From Phoronis australis (Eukaryota > Animalia > Phoronida), in the NCBI GenBank assembly GCA_002633005.1, contig NMRA01000387.1:235017-299016 (forward strand): DNA of 64,000 bases, given 5' to 3'. Below the pieces are notes generated by a model that saw nothing but the letters and a program-made list of their open reading frames with translations, made no database searches and was not told where the DNA came from. Both the position numbers and the translations under genes were made by a program. Shown piece after piece: positions 12,567 to 26,381 of this stretch (positions within the stretch are counted from its first letter, which is position 1; each line of letters begins with the position of its first letter).

Positions 12567-14654
12567 ACATGCAATTCCAGCCAAAAGCTGGAACACCTAA
12601 AAAGCACTGTGACAAGCATCACCAAAGTTTGTGTTTAGTAGTCGTTTTATGTAGTCACATTTATTTTTAATACATGGTTTGTAATATTCTGCAATCTTTC
12701 ATTGCTGCTAGCTATGGCTTGACAGTTTTTGTGGCGTAATATAAAAACAACAGCAAATGTTGTGTAATATCCTTTTTTTCATCAATGAGTGGTTGCTTAA
12801 ATTGTAGTCTTGTGTGGATTCACTTTATTATACAGTCGTATTAAAGGTGCATTTAGCCCCTGTTTAGTTATCAATTTGGAATTCTTAATCGAAGCACTTT
12901 TCTGGTTTAAAATCATTTTCACGCTCATCCAGCAAATCAAGTCATAGACAGTGTGTACGTGTGCCATTTTTGAATTCGCAACTTAAAGGTTGGCCAACCA
13001 CAGTAAACCCCCGAAGTGTTTTCTTTAGTTGCTGGTGGTTTTGTTGTTTTTGTTTGTAGTCTAAGTAGAGTCCTATCCTAGGAAAGAAAATAAGTAGACT
13101 TGATTTTATGACAGTGAAAAGGCCTAATTTGACGTTCCATTTTTTTCCAGCTAAACAGAATATTATGCAGCTGGTTAACAGTAACATGCTAGAAACCTGC
13201 AATATAATCTCTCCAATAGATAGTTCTGACATTAGTCATACAAACAATTCCAGCCAGTAAAGGCACGGGAACATGCAAACACAATGATAGTCCGCCATCT
13301 TTGTCCCACAAACGTTGGTTGCGACGAAAGCATTGTAAATACGGTTTTATGTGCTTGGGGCATTTGCAACGAATCGGCTAAATATGTTTCTGTATAAACA
13401 ATTATGTGGTGAATGGTATTGTCTAACTATGAAAATGAGATATTGATAGGTCCTTTACCAAACATCTTCTGCTTGTTACTTTTGACATATCTACACAAAA
13501 TATTCCTGGAGGCTAGTTTTATTTCAAAAAACTTGTCCAAATCATGCCAATGTCACATTGAAGACTACTCAAAATATGACTGTAAAGTCTCACCTAGGCA
13601 GTGAGGTTTTNACATGCAATTCCAGCCAAAAGCTGGAACACCTAAAAAGCACTGTGACAAGCATCACCAAAGTTTGTGTTTAGTAGTCGTTTTATGTAGT
13701 CACGTTTATTTTTAATACATGGTTTGTAATATTCTGCAATCTTTCATTGCTGCTAGCTATGGCTTGACAGTTTTTGTGGCGTAATATAAAAACAACAGCA
13801 AATGTTGTGTAATATCCTTTTTCTCATCAATGAGTGGTTGCTTAAATTGTAGTCTTGTGTGGATTCACTTTATTATACAGTCGTATTAAAGGTGCATTTA
13901 GCCCCTGTTTAGTTATCAATTTGGAATTCTTAATCGAAGCACTTTTCTGGTTTGAAATCATTTTCACGCCCATCCAGCAAATCAAGTCATAGACAGTGTG
14001 TACGTGTGCCGTTTTTGAATTCGCAACTTAAAGGTTGGCCAACCACAGTAAACCTCGAAGTGTTTTCTTTAGTTGCTGGTGGTTTTGTTGTTTTTGTTTG
14101 TAGTCTGAGTAGAGTCCCATCCTAGGAAAGAAAATAAGTAGACTTGATTTTATAACAGTGAAAAGGCCTAATTTGACGTTCCATTTTTTTCCAGCTAAAC
14201 AGAATATTATGCAGCTGGTTAACAGTAACATGCTAGAAACCTGCAATATAATCTCTCCAATAGATAGTTCTGACATTAGTCATACAAACAATTCCAGCCA
14301 GTAAAGGCACGGGAACATGCAAACACAATGATAGTCCGCCATCTTTGTCCCACAAACGTTGGTTGCGACGAAAGCATTGTAAATACGGTTTTATGTGCTT
14401 GGGGCATTTGCAACGAATCGGCTAAATATGTTTCTGTATAAACAATTATGTGGTGAATGGTATTGTCTAACTATGAAAATGAGATATTGATAGGTCCTTT
14501 ACCAAACATCTTCTGCTTGTTACTTTTGACATATCTACACAAAATATTCCTGGAGGCTAGTTTTATTTCAAAAAACTTGTCCAAATCATGCCAATGTCAC
14601 ATTGAAGACTACTCAAAATATGACTGTAAAGTCTCACCTAGGCAGTGAGGTTTT
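12567..14654. repeat. Apparent tandem duplication 12567-13610 / 13612-14654, joined at N13611 (likely assembly artefact)
   Basis: ~1043-bp copies with about ten differences, separated by exactly one N. Confidence 0.92.
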
Positions 14655-16604
14655 ATTTTTCTCATTTCTTCCAACGCCTTTCTAGTCCTGTGCTGTACCT
14701 AGCACCAGACAATATTTGAAATAGATTGGTCATTCCTAACAATGTTAGAAGCTCCTGAAAATGAAAATAAAGCAATTTTGGCAGTTGCCTTTTGAATTTG
14801 ACGAGATGTTACTGCATTTAGTTCGAAAGGGCTGGACTCGGGTTGTCCCGTATTGAGTTATTCCCACAGCAATACTGATGCACAAATATTTGTTTTTTTT
14901 GAAATGAAAAAATCCCATATCACATAACTAACAACAAATTTTAGATGATATGTGGTCGATCATGTTAGCGGAAAACAAAACTTGATTTCAGTTTAGGTCT
15001 TGTCTGTAATGATCTTTACGGGCCATGGCCGTGAGGAAATGATCCCATTCTCTCCACGACCAAAAAGAGCGTTCCTTACGAGCTGTTTCTTAGGCTTATG
15101 CGTAAATTCTTGAAATCTGCGGTTGCTCTACCCTTTGCGCCATCCAAGATACGCCTGTTCAACAGTGTAACATGACCATAAGATTTTGAACTCTTAGGAT
15201 GTCTTATACACAACTAGCTCATGAAGATGGCCTCATCCACTTGAGATGCCATTAGTCCCTGTTTACCATAGTTCCTAGTGATGGGTGTTGTATTCACTCT
15301 TTGTCAGATCAACTTGGGAGAATCCTCTCACCCTATTTTAAAGAGGCTTACGTGCTCATCAATTATTCTGGCCTCATTTCATTTAATCTATACATCTTGA
15401 GCAGCAATTTAAGAGCTGTGGGAGCATTTTCTTTCAAGCACGTATGCACTCGTGTTTCCCAAGCTTAGCGTGTGGTGGTCCACATCTGTACCTATCGCTG
15501 ACTTGTGATGGCTATCAGTTTTTGTAAACCGGTGCAATGCCAAAAGTGATATAATACTGTTACGGTTTGGTATTGATATACATGTACCAGTGGCTATAAG
15601 AAACAATAAATCTACTATGTACCAGTGGCTATTTTCCAACACGGCCTCAACATGATGAAATATGCCTTGTCACTAGATGGCGATTTGGTAGTTTGTAGGC
15701 AGCAATCTGCAGTCTTGTATGATTTAATACAGTGGGGTTGTTTTCCAGCATTTTTTCTAAACTTGCCACATAATTTTGTCAAGCTGCCTCTTGTGTTGCG
15801 GGATATTCAAGTTTTATTCGCACAGTAGTGTCCGACATCTCAAAATGTCTCTGAATAAAAGAAATTACCATTCTGTGCTGTGAAAAGGCTCAACAGTTGC
15901 ATTTAGAGTTTCTTATTAAAAATACATTCGAGTAACGTAGATAGTAAAATACATCAATCACGAGCACTGAAACGATAAAGCCTTACTAAATAGGATACAA
16001 TATGGCCGAGTCATAAAATTTTAATTGCTCATTTTCCATAAAAGATTTATTGTACCGTATAAATGTTTTGTGCCATTGTTGCCACCAGACAATGTTTTGC
16101 AAAACTGTAGCTACTAACAAGAATGTCAGAAGCTGTTGATAAGTGGAAAAGCCTTCAACTTTGCGGACTATTTTTGTCCGTAATTGGTGAAATTTTAGCT
16201 TTGAAGCTGTGCAAAAATATAAAAATTGCAATATTTGTCCGAAATTAGTGAGATTTTACTGTTTTCAAAATGTGGCAGTGACTGCTTGTCATACAGCGTT
16301 ACAGCAGTTGAGCTCAACTGTGCGGAATTGGATAACGTAAACCATGAAATTGTGATAATACTTTTGGATTTCAAGGTACCAATAAATATTCATTTGAATA
16401 TTTTTGCAGTATTTTGCACTACTTAGTATTTGGTACTGTTCTGGAACTGGGAATCGATAAACAGTTTTATTTGTTTCTGTCATCCAGTCACTGGTTCAAT
16501 CATTTTTTTATAGTTTCCAATGTCTGGCATTTTAAGTGTCATCCTGCCCTAGCAAGGTAGAGTGTCAATGATGGCTAATTATGAGGTGATTGTGACTAAC
16601 TTGT

Positions 16605-18774
16605 CAGTGTTCTCCACATCTGAAAATCTAGACAGGTCGCACATGTAAAATCTGTTATAAACATGCCGGAACTGCGCGGGGGTCAACGTTCTCCACGGGC
16701 TAGTGTGTGCCTTTTTTTACCCACGCACTTCAACAGTAATGCAAACAAATAACTGTGTTTGTTCAACTTTTTATTATATTTAAAAGGTGGCAGTGGACTT
16801 ACTTACAAACATATCACAAAAACCATTTGTTTGACTTTGAAATGCAAGTCGATACAGACATGTTTGAAACAATATGCGGAAATATTTTACTCAATACTTG
16901 TGATGTCAAGGTCAATCAAGTCCAAAAAGTCTAACATAGAGGTAAACTTTTCCCACGAAGTAGACAGCCTTAGTGAAGTGTCTCGGTAAAGCCAGTCACA
17001 TTTCTGTGTCTTTGATAGCCGAGTCTACGTTTTTTCTCAGTGTCTTGCACAGCATTCTTATAGTCAATAGCGCGGCCCACATTGTCTGTCTGAATATCGA
17101 TGTTCTGAAGTTGAATAAGTACAATATTAAACCTTTGCACCACCAGAATTGTAAAAACTGTACAATACGCAAGTCTTGCATCATGAATACAAATTGAATG
17201 GAATAAACAAAACGATTCAGGTGCGTTTTCCATTTACTTGGAAGGGAGTGTTAGTCCTGCCTGTTGATGAAAAGCAATATTTCTAGATAGATATCGACTG
17301 GATTGTAAATGCTTACAACTACGACATTCCCACAATTTTCAGGATTGTCACCAACTCATTGTTTCCAGCTGAGAACTATATTCTCAAGTTCGAGCGAATT
17401 ATAAGAATGCCAATGTCGGATGTTGTCGGTCGGCAAAAATTTGGTCCATCGTTCATGGCACGGATATTTGCAATTCGTTGATTGAGCCCGGTAGTATTGC
17501 CACCATCTGAATCTGGACTATCTGATGTATATGCGTTTGAGTCATTGTCAATGTCTGAAACTATCTCTCACTTTTTAAAATAATTCTTCGCAGTCTTACT
17601 ACGGCTTCCTGTGGCAGACGACATTTCTAAGTATGTAGAATGCACATGTCAGTCGGTAACAGAAGCCAGGGTACAATTCAGTAACATGAGGACCACGCTA
17701 AGTAGACAAGACTGAGAGATTACTAGATATTACCATGTGCTTTCAATGGGAGCATGTGATTTTGGCTATAATTTCTCGCCGCGAGACATATTATTGAACT
17801 TTACCCAGTGATGTCACCAGCTGTCCGAAACCGCTAACGTTACGCACAGCCGCTGCCAAAGGTGAGTTGCGAATGGCTCGGCAGGTTTCCAGAAGGAGTA
17901 TGCGCTACAGATATAATGCTCAAGCTGCCAACGAAACTCGATCCTTATAAGGCAATTCGGAGATGAGCTCAGTCAATCTCGATGGGCTGGTTGCACCATT
18001 AGTAACCAATAATATTTATCTAAGTGAGAAATGCACAAGCAACAACCAATAAGTCATCAAAAGCGTTTCCATGCAAAGGTCTGTTGAGACTGGGTGTCGG
18101 TGAGTCAGACGAGTGTCATGGGGCCCATGGAATTTTGAAAAATGTTATATGAAAATAAAATTCTGGCCACCCAAAAGACTGCCGTTGTATAAACTCCTGT
18201 GCTATGGTGTCTTTGCTGACTAGTTAGACTTCGCAGAACTAAGCACGGAGCCGTAATTATTTTCAATTGGTTATCTGATCAGTTGTCCGCTTGAAGACAA
18301 AAGGTGACAACAAAAGCGATTATGCCTTAGGATAAGCAACTTTCATGCAGGACAACAACTCCAGTGAGCAGGTAGTGGATTAGGCTTATAGGCGGCACTG
18401 GGCCTTTGTTTAAAGTCAATTTACTAGGACTAGTTCTTCAAGCTGAATTGAAAATATGATTGAGCGATTATGTACAAGCTGCCTTACACCATAAACAGAC
18501 TAGTGGCCCGATCTGCCGCTTGAGTGAGATCCATGATTAGGCTTTGTACAACTGACCACTTAGCTGTTATTTAGTTTCTATGGGCTGTGGGCAGTTGCTG
18601 TGAAGTGTAATTTGAGCCAATGAAGATTTTATTAACAATGACGACTCTTTTTTACAAACTGGTCTCTAAAATTTTTTAAACCGGTCGCGGGATTTTTAAA
18701 CAGGACGCGGGACATTTAAACAAAACGCGCGTTCGGACGCTGCGATGCGTTAAAAGCGGTTGTGGAGAACACTG
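16605..18774. mobile_element. Degenerate hAT-like element with 5-bp TSD
   Basis: Perfect 14-bp TIRs CAGTGTTCTCCACA / TGTGGAGAACACTG; flanks CTTGT / CATGT (4/5); GGACGCG-type subterminal repeats at 18680-18750; only broken reading frames inside. A solo TIR-like TGTGGAGAACACT occurs at ~63609. Confidence 0.75.
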
Positions 18775-20864
18775 CATGTCATTTATAACTTACTCGCATT
18801 CATAGGTGCGATTTTTGAAAAAGAAACTTCGAAACCACAAGCCAAAGCGTATGGGGGTCACGAGGGCTCTTTTGTCTTTAAGTAGTGTGGCACAGGTTTC
18901 AATATGAGCCGTGGTACAAACTAGATCCAACTGTGTTTTTTTGCCCTAATACAAGTGTTTTTTGTTTTAATTTGTAATTTACTGTTTTAGTTTGGATGTT
19001 TAGTATGTGAATGTCAGATGGTTGCTTTTTTAAAATATTTAACTAATATTAGGTACTGAAGTCAAATTCCATCATTATCAGACCTTAAATCTGTCTCCCG
19101 TCAGAAATCCCCTTGGCTTTCTCAGTAACTCGGCTCCTGTATCAGCACCAAAGTTAACGCTAGTCTTAGGAATTAAATACCAGATGGGACAGTTGATTCT
19201 CACTCTCGATTGAATACATCTGTTGTATCTTGCAATCTATAGCTATAACTCCCTTCGGAGTAGAGTTAACCTTTCTCATTACAGGGGAGTTGAGCAACTA
19301 CTGCGCTGTTTAATCCACCTACTTTTGAGTGGAGTTGCTATGGCTGTATAGTTAAAGCAGGGTTCTCACTAGGTTTTTTTTAATGTGGTGCCCCACACTT
19401 TAATATTAGAGCCCCCATGGTCTAATATCTTGAATGATCGTCCTACTAAATGTGCTTTTAAGTGGTCTCAACCTGTAAAATATTGTCACCAAGCTACCAT
19501 TTTCAGCCTAATGCTCACTGCAATCTGAACAATGCTATTTTCACGTAATTATTATATGCGGTCTAGTTATTCACAAAGAATTGAATGAAAAACGGAACAC
19601 GCTGTCAACTTAAAACATCGCCAGGAGTAATGCTTTCCCACCGACTAAAACTGTGCAAAAGGGCCGAGTTGTTGGGAAAGCGACAAGTGAGATATTCAAT
19701 GTTAACATTAATGGTAAGTTAACACTGTAATAAGATTCTGTCTGGAAATCCCTACACATGATGTAACATTTAGTGAATGACCAACAATGCTTTGGGGTGA
19801 TCAATAAGTTATAAATACACAAGTGCCTTCTAGACTTGGCTTTTTGTTGTTGGAATAAATTTCTAAATCGCAGGCTTGCAAATCAATATGTACACAGGAA
19901 TTATCATTAGGGAGTCCACGGGAAATAAAAAGCCATGTCATTAAAGGGGGATATTAATCAGAGACTCCCTGGCTATCCTTGACTACCGTGATCTGTAGTC
20001 TGAGATAATGAATCGATTTCATCCTGCTGGTCTCATCAACTGGTGATAACTTCATGGATTGACATGAGTTCTGTGGAGGCAGTACACAGCAATAGAACTC
20101 CTAAATGCGAGATAGTAGTTTCAATTGGAAACCATTCCAATCAACTACTGTGTTGTGAGAGCAGGAAAGCGAATTGACAAAAATGAAATGCAGATTCTTT
20201 TATTCCTTGTGATTTTGTGACATTACAGCTGTTTGCTAGGTTAGATCTTTTTGGATAAATAATTTGCATATCCCCATTGCACAATAGTGGTAAGTGGATT
20301 GCGAAGAACGTATAAAAATGCTGTATTTAATCTCCAAGAAAGTCACAGGTGAACTGTTTCAAAATTAACACTTACTTTTCGGAAAAAGAATTATGGTAAA
20401 AAACCTACCATTTAAAAAGTTTACTACTATGCTGCAAGTTTTGAAAGCGTCAAGTTGGTGCTGTTTGGCGACAGCTCTGCCTCACATACCATGTTAACAA
20501 CAAAGTGAGATTTTTTGTACATCAGTTCAAAAATAAACTATCACTTGTGTGTCTTTTTATTCAATACATTTTTGCTGTTCGAATTTAATGATGCTTTAGA
20601 TTAACACTGCTGTTCTTTGAGCCATTGCAATGTGATGTTTGCTCAGGAAATTGATGTTAATCCCCTTGTTCCAACAACACAGTACGGTAAAGTTTCCTCA
20701 AATTCGAACAAAAATTGGTCACAATTATCATTGATATTTTTCTGTACTGCCAAAATTTTTCAAAATTTCATCGTGTGTTAATAACAGCCGTACTGTACAG
20801 GAAGGTTTCAAATAATGAAGTAAAATTGTAGATGATTCCAGGGATACAGCATACAGCTTTTTTA

Positions 20865-21302
20865 GTCCCGTTTAGACATCAACTTTTGGCCTGGTGCAAC
20901 TGACACGGGGCAAATGGAGCAAATTGATCGGTGTCGAGCAGCCGTTTACACATGCAACTCAGTTACTGTGTCAAGATGGAAGTTGTAGGCTAGAGAGTGG
21001 AACGCTCATACGCAGGTTTTCAAATAGCGTGAGTTGCAGAGACAGAGAACCCGTATGTAGGTCATTGCACAAGCGCAGCAGAGATGATCCTTTCCGCCTA
21101 GCCCCAGTTTCGCGTTTAGACATATAATTGACACGTAGTAAGATGATCAAGCGCGAATTGCTCTACCCCACAAACGGGTGGCAAAAGTTGTCACTGCAGT
21201 CTTGATTTGCTCCATGTCAGTCCTGTTTACACACTACTTTCAATGGAACATCTTGTTTCATGTCAACTGATCTGTGTTAACTTTTCTAGTGTGAATGGCA
21301 CT
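20865..21302. mobile_element. Degenerate Harbinger-like MITE, family copy 2 (inverted relative to 5835-6258)
   Basis: Shared core ATCCTTTCCGCCTAGCCCCAGTTTCGCGTTTAGACAT and GGAGCAAATTGATC motifs; boundaries approximate. Confidence 0.55.
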
Positions 21303-22950
21303 TTTGATGGCCCAGCCGTATGGTAAAATCTCACCAATTTCAGACAAAAATAATTCTCAAAATTTGTCTTTTCTCATTTTTCAAAGGAGTCTGTCATTAC
21401 TATAAATGCCAACGATTTCTCAGCCACATTGTCTGATGGTAGATAAAGTGTAGGTCTTTAAACATCTAAAAGCACTTGTTTGGTGCCAACTATCTTTTTT
21501 GAAAAAATGGAAAAACAATATTTTACTTGATGACTATATTGCGTCCTAAATTGGCGAAATTTTACCATACTTCCCCACAAGTGAAGACCCCAATGTGCTG
21601 GAACAGGGAAAATACCAACGAACATGTGAAAAGTGGATGTTGGCTGCTGTTCTGTGTTGTGCAGCTGTACCATATGTTGCACTGTATAATATAAGGACAC
21701 ATTTACCTGCCTTGTTCCACGTTACTATTCCATTGTTACAACAATGTGACATTTTTTCTGATCTTTATCTCGTAAAGTATAGGCAATTATTGACAGTAAT
21801 GATCAGGAAAGATAGAAACTGCATGGAGAATCTTCACAATGGTACACTAAATGACAATTTATGTGAACAGGTAGCATAATTGCCAAAGGCATTGTATAAC
21901 AGCTTCTTTCGCGTTCACTCTCCAATGGAGTTGGGTTTGGCAAAGTACATATAGTTTGACTTCAATAGTTGAATGATCATAGTTGTGGTTAATTTTTGTG
22001 GGAAATAAATGTCTTGTTAGAAAACAAGATCGTCTGAAATGGCACAAGGTAGCGCATGGAATCCTGGTTGGGTTTCGTCGAGTCATGCCCAGACCATTTC
22101 ATCTCGGTGGAGATGCTGTACTCATTACATACAATAACATAGATTAGCAATCAAAATTCTGGGAATTTCTCCTTTCTTCTTAAAAATTTCAGTCTCAGTT
22201 GGTGGGGAGAGGTGTGCCTACCTTGTAGGGGCAGCTCATGTTAGCTGCCTCTTATTGCTTAGGCTTCTGAGAAAAAACTTTCAACTGCAATAAATCTGCA
22301 TTCTGTCGAGGAAATGAAACTTTGATTTTGACCACCTGCCGTTATAAAATTGGACTCAACTTTTCTTTACTCTAATGAGAAGTAATTTCTGGTTAGTTAT
22401 TGTTTCAAGACTTTGCTCAGCGAATAAAATGGCACATGGTGACAAGTCAAACTGTGGACTCTACAGCGTTATCTCAAGCAAGAAGGAAGTGTCAGTTCTT
22501 TACAGGCTATTTTGACTAGTGAACAGTCTGAAATCAACTTCATAATGGTAGGTGGTCTGAATCAAAAATTGTTTTTATGGCGAAAGTGGGGTGAACAATG
22601 ACTTTAATTTGGCTCTGACAGTTTGTGGACTAAATGGATACTGCTTCTTTGAAAATTTATTATGTGGTACTTGGAAACTATTTAATCCTTGGGAATCTGG
22701 TGGATGCAGTTAAGATGACAATATATCGTGAGTAACTCATTTATTAAGGATATCTCCAACCTTATTCACAAAAATTGGCCATTTTTACAATATTTCACCT
22801 GTGTCTAGCAAAATACCTTATCTTCATTCTCGGGGAACTTCAAATACAAAATATATACCACGTAGCGAGAAAAAAAAGATTTAGCAGAACCACCTTGGAA
22901 CCGCACAATTGCGTGGATATTTGTTTATTACTTATCCATGGTCAAAGGTT

Positions 22951-23780
22951 CAGGGCTTGGAATTTTCCGCGGAAACGCGGATTTCCGCTTTTTTCAAATG
23001 TTCTTTCCGCGCATTTTATAATATTTCCGCGTAAAAAAGAAATCAGATTTGATATAAAATTTCCGCGGCAAATTCCTTTCTTACCGCGGCGTTGCAGACG
23101 ACGTTCACCTCGAAAAGCGGAAGTTGCTATTTATGGAACGTAAATTGTGAACATTGCCGGGGCATCTGGGATAGCGTGGTGGGATTTTCAATGGCGTCTC
23201 GTGTTACTGTAAACGTAATCCGCGGCGACAAATACTACGGCTCTGCAGCCAAAAGTGTGTGGATTCGGAGTCGACGGGCATCCTAAAAGTACGCAGACGC
23301 ATGCTACCGATGGTGGTAACGATTTTTTNACTGCAGCCTATTTCTTAATGATTTATGACATCTAAATTCGTCATATGAATGTTGTGATGTTGTTCATCAT
23401 CGCCACCAACATCATCATATTCGTCATCATCGTCATCATCTTCGTCATCATCTCCGTCTTTTCCTTAATTTCGCCAAGTGTCGCTCAAGACTAGCCTTTT
23501 TCTTACTGATTTCGGACTCCTATGTTCGTCATGTGTATGTTATTAACTTCTTTTGTTCATCCTCACCACCATCTTCGTCATATTCGTCATCTTCGTCATC
23601 ATCTTTATCGTCATCTTTTTGGTTAATTTCGCCAAGGTTCGCTCCTCGGAGCGCTTTCATTTTTTTTTTTAGCCTTCCCGATTTTTGTCGGGGAAAGGTT
23701 CGACCATTTCAAGGCTGGGTAGCGCACATGATTTGGGCCGTAAAAGTTTCCGCGTTTTCTGTCAGTCATTCCAAGCCCTA
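22951..23780. mobile_element. Non-autonomous hAT-like element with 6-bp TSD (hAT6-like)
   Basis: TIRs CAGGGCTTGGAAT / ATTCCAAGCCCTA; exact flanking AAGGTT; many TTTCCGCG subterminal repeats; internal (TCA/TCG)n tract and an N at 23329. Confidence 0.85.
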
Positions 23781-23807
23781 AAGGTTAAAGGGCTTTCAAT
23801 TAAATCA

Positions 23808-23991
23808 CTAATGATAAGTGAAGCTGCCTTTTCGTGCCATGTTGCGTCACCGCGAGATTCCATCACCAACAACAAAAGGTTGTATTGAATAGGGATCTGA
23901 ATAGAACATCATTGCGTGGGGGTGTTATTCGCAGTTGTTTGAATTAAAAGGGGATTCTCGCAGTGACCTAGACAAAAGCAAGCCAATACGC
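23808..23991 (+). repeat. Interspersed repeat, inverted copy at 51955-52149
   Basis: CTAATGATAAGTGAAGCTGCCTTTTCGTGCCATGTTGCGTCACCGCGAGAT.. is the reverse complement of ..ATCTCGTGGTGACGCAACATGGCACGAAAAGGTAGCTTCACCTATCATTAG; similarity extends ~185 bp. Confidence 0.85.
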
Positions 23992-24887
23992 CTAACAGAA
24001 ATCAGTTGACTTTGGGAGTGAACGTTAAAATAGCTAACATAGTTTAGGATTGTATAGGTTATGCGTACCGAAAACAAGTTTTCACTGAATACTTAACCGA
24101 AGACTTTGAGATTTTCACTTGTCTCAGTTGAATCGGCTTTTTCTCGGCTTCGGCAAACGACTTTATTTGAACTTGGGAACACTAGTTCTCGAAAACAGCT
24201 TGATGGATTTCGCTGAAACTTTCCAAACTTAGTATGTAGTCATCAATCTCAAAAACGCTATTAGGATTTTCGATATAAAGGCCTAGTTTTTGCGTAATGC
24301 GACAAAGACGAATATGACTTCAATTTTTTACAAATATACCTTACATTTTGCGAGTTGATTTGTCATAGAAACCAAACGAATAGACTAATCGAAAATTCCT
24401 AAAGGCGTTTTTGAGGTAACTAGCAAAGTTTTCATTTAAAAAAGTTTCCATTAAAATCAACCAAGGGGTTATTTTGCCATGACTGTACCTTTCTTGAAAC
24501 TGAAATTTTTAGGTTTTTAGTAAAAGGTTTTTGGTAAAAATAATAACGGAACATAAATACAAAAAGTATATTTATATTTCGTGGTCTTTGTTCTGTCAGA
24601 AAATATATACTTTTACTAGTTGACAAAGCTTAGTTTTTTGATGTACGAGTTGGAATGTGGGCCACTAACCAAAGTTAGTGCTAACCTTAATCATTTACAT
24701 TTAAAACAAACTATGCCATACAACACCGTGCTCATTATCTGAATATTCCAGCAATGAGGATAAAGATTTAGAACGTGGACCTGATCGATGGCGAAGAATG
24801 CATTTCAATTGATCCGCTATCAGGAGAACTCAGTGTGACAGTCAGCCCATACCTGCTAACATATTGTGGTAAAATGCGGTTAAAAAT

Positions 24888-24966
24888 GCCTGTATTTTGA
24901 GAACCAGTTTTCTCCACCGAATAATGGTTATCAAGCTGGTTCTCAAAATGTGGGCACGTTATGTCC
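24888..24966. repeat. Short palindromic MITE family (ATTTTGAGAACCAGTTT...AAGCTGGTTCTCAAAAT); other copies at ~1269-1348, ~42150-42211, ~47333-47419
   Basis: The same TTTTGAGAACCAGTTT / TTATTCAGTGGAGAAA core is seen at four loci; TACAGGTGTCCC-type terminus at 47333 suggests Tc1/mariner origin. Confidence 0.7.
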
Positions 24967-26381
24967 AACTATTGCCCATATTATTGGCTTCTTGTGTCAT
25001 AGGAGGAGATTACGTGGCAAATTTCCTCCTGTGGGTTTTACAAATTTTATAAATTACATAGTATTCAAAGTAATGACTCCGAATTTTAATAAATAGTAAA
25101 CTTCTATACACCATGTTTACAACATTGACATTGTAGACTACTGCTATATACTATTATTTTGAATATGTAGAGGGGTTTATGACATGGCATAAGCTTAAAA
25201 CTTGTGTACTGTTTTTTGGTTGGAGTAGATCATGTATGATGGTGTTCCGTCTCTGAAGATTAATGACCAATCAGTGTTTGTTATTTTTGTCACGACACAG
25301 TAACATGGTGTGAACGGAGCTGATGAACAATCACCAATGCAGTCCTTGAATGCACAGGTCAAACAACGCCACACCGGTCTCGAAATACGATCAATTCTGT
25401 GCCCAGTCATAGATGGCAGTCAGTTTGTGCAGACAATTGTCGCCTATGAAAGTCATACATAGAGTCTAAAACAAAAGGCTCCATGTGTAACGCATACCAA
25501 AAAACCACAGTGGGGCGGTTAACCAAGCAGTGGGCGGTTAATTCGAAAATCCACCTAATGTAGGTAGTGGGCAGTTAACTGAGGATGGGCGTTAACCCGA
25601 ACGTTTACGGTAATTCCTGGCAGTAGAGGATTAATTTAGTCTGACAACCCTTCCCTAGTTATATCAATTACAGGGAACTCTAGCTGAATTTTTAATCTAT
25701 ATTAAGATGGTTGTTGTAATTGCAGGTGGCAATGTTCAACACTGCTGGTGTTGTGTTCCAGCACATTATTTTGTCTTTGAGCCACCACAGATGAAGAGCT
25801 ATGAGCTCAACTGTCGGACTCTAGGGAAATTTACCTGACGTCATTGTTACCTGAATACAGGGAGGCAAAATGCTTGATGACCTGTAAACTACGTTCCTAA
25901 ATAACCAGTGTATATGTAGTTGCACAGAGTTACAATGTGCCAGCTGGAGAGATTTGTTGTTGTCAGGTGACACAATAACTAATTTTCATTGGTTATCGAA
26001 GGTAGTCAGCTAAGCATTTAGCTCACCTCCCCTGCATGCTGTGAGGATTTACGCACCCCTAGGCAAAGGGATCAACTAGTGAGACACTTGCTCACTTCAC
26101 TGGCTCTCGAGGCAAAATCTTCACGGTTCCTTTTGTCCCAGATGTGAGCTATGAGCTAAGCTAATTTGCATTCGAGACACTAAACCTTTTCATGAAAAAC
26201 ATGGAAATTGATAGTTTCCATTCATTGAAAAGTCATAGGGAATGAAAAGGGTAAAAGTTGTGGAACGTTTCACGTGTTAAACAAAAGTAAAGTTGCGAGT
26301 AATCACACTTGGGAACTGGAGTTGGTAATTATTTTGGTCTACCTTTCATGGGAAAAATAACGTATGGGAAGTGATAATCAC

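Noticed and set aside
7486-14648. Paired ORFs (101/169 aa, 73/73, 65/65, 96/82, 63/63) as a duplicated gene cluster
   Set aside because: They come from transposon or intronic DNA repeated by N-joined assembly overlaps; no recognisable domains.
16700-17630. Nested minus-strand gene in the intron
   Set aside because: Frames are broken by stops and lie inside the 16605-18774 TIR element; at most a decayed transposase, which I could not confirm.
24772-24840. Peptide NVDLIDGEECISIDPLSGELSVT, superficially cadherin-like
   Set aside because: Only 23 codons, in-frame TAG immediately upstream, poor acceptor and wrong phase for ADCY9.
25304-25462. Frame containing VIDGSQ, as in human AC9 C1b
   Set aside because: Six-residue coincidence; it lies upstream of the KTYFI exon (wrong order), is bounded by stops and sits next to a transposon end at ~25510-25612.
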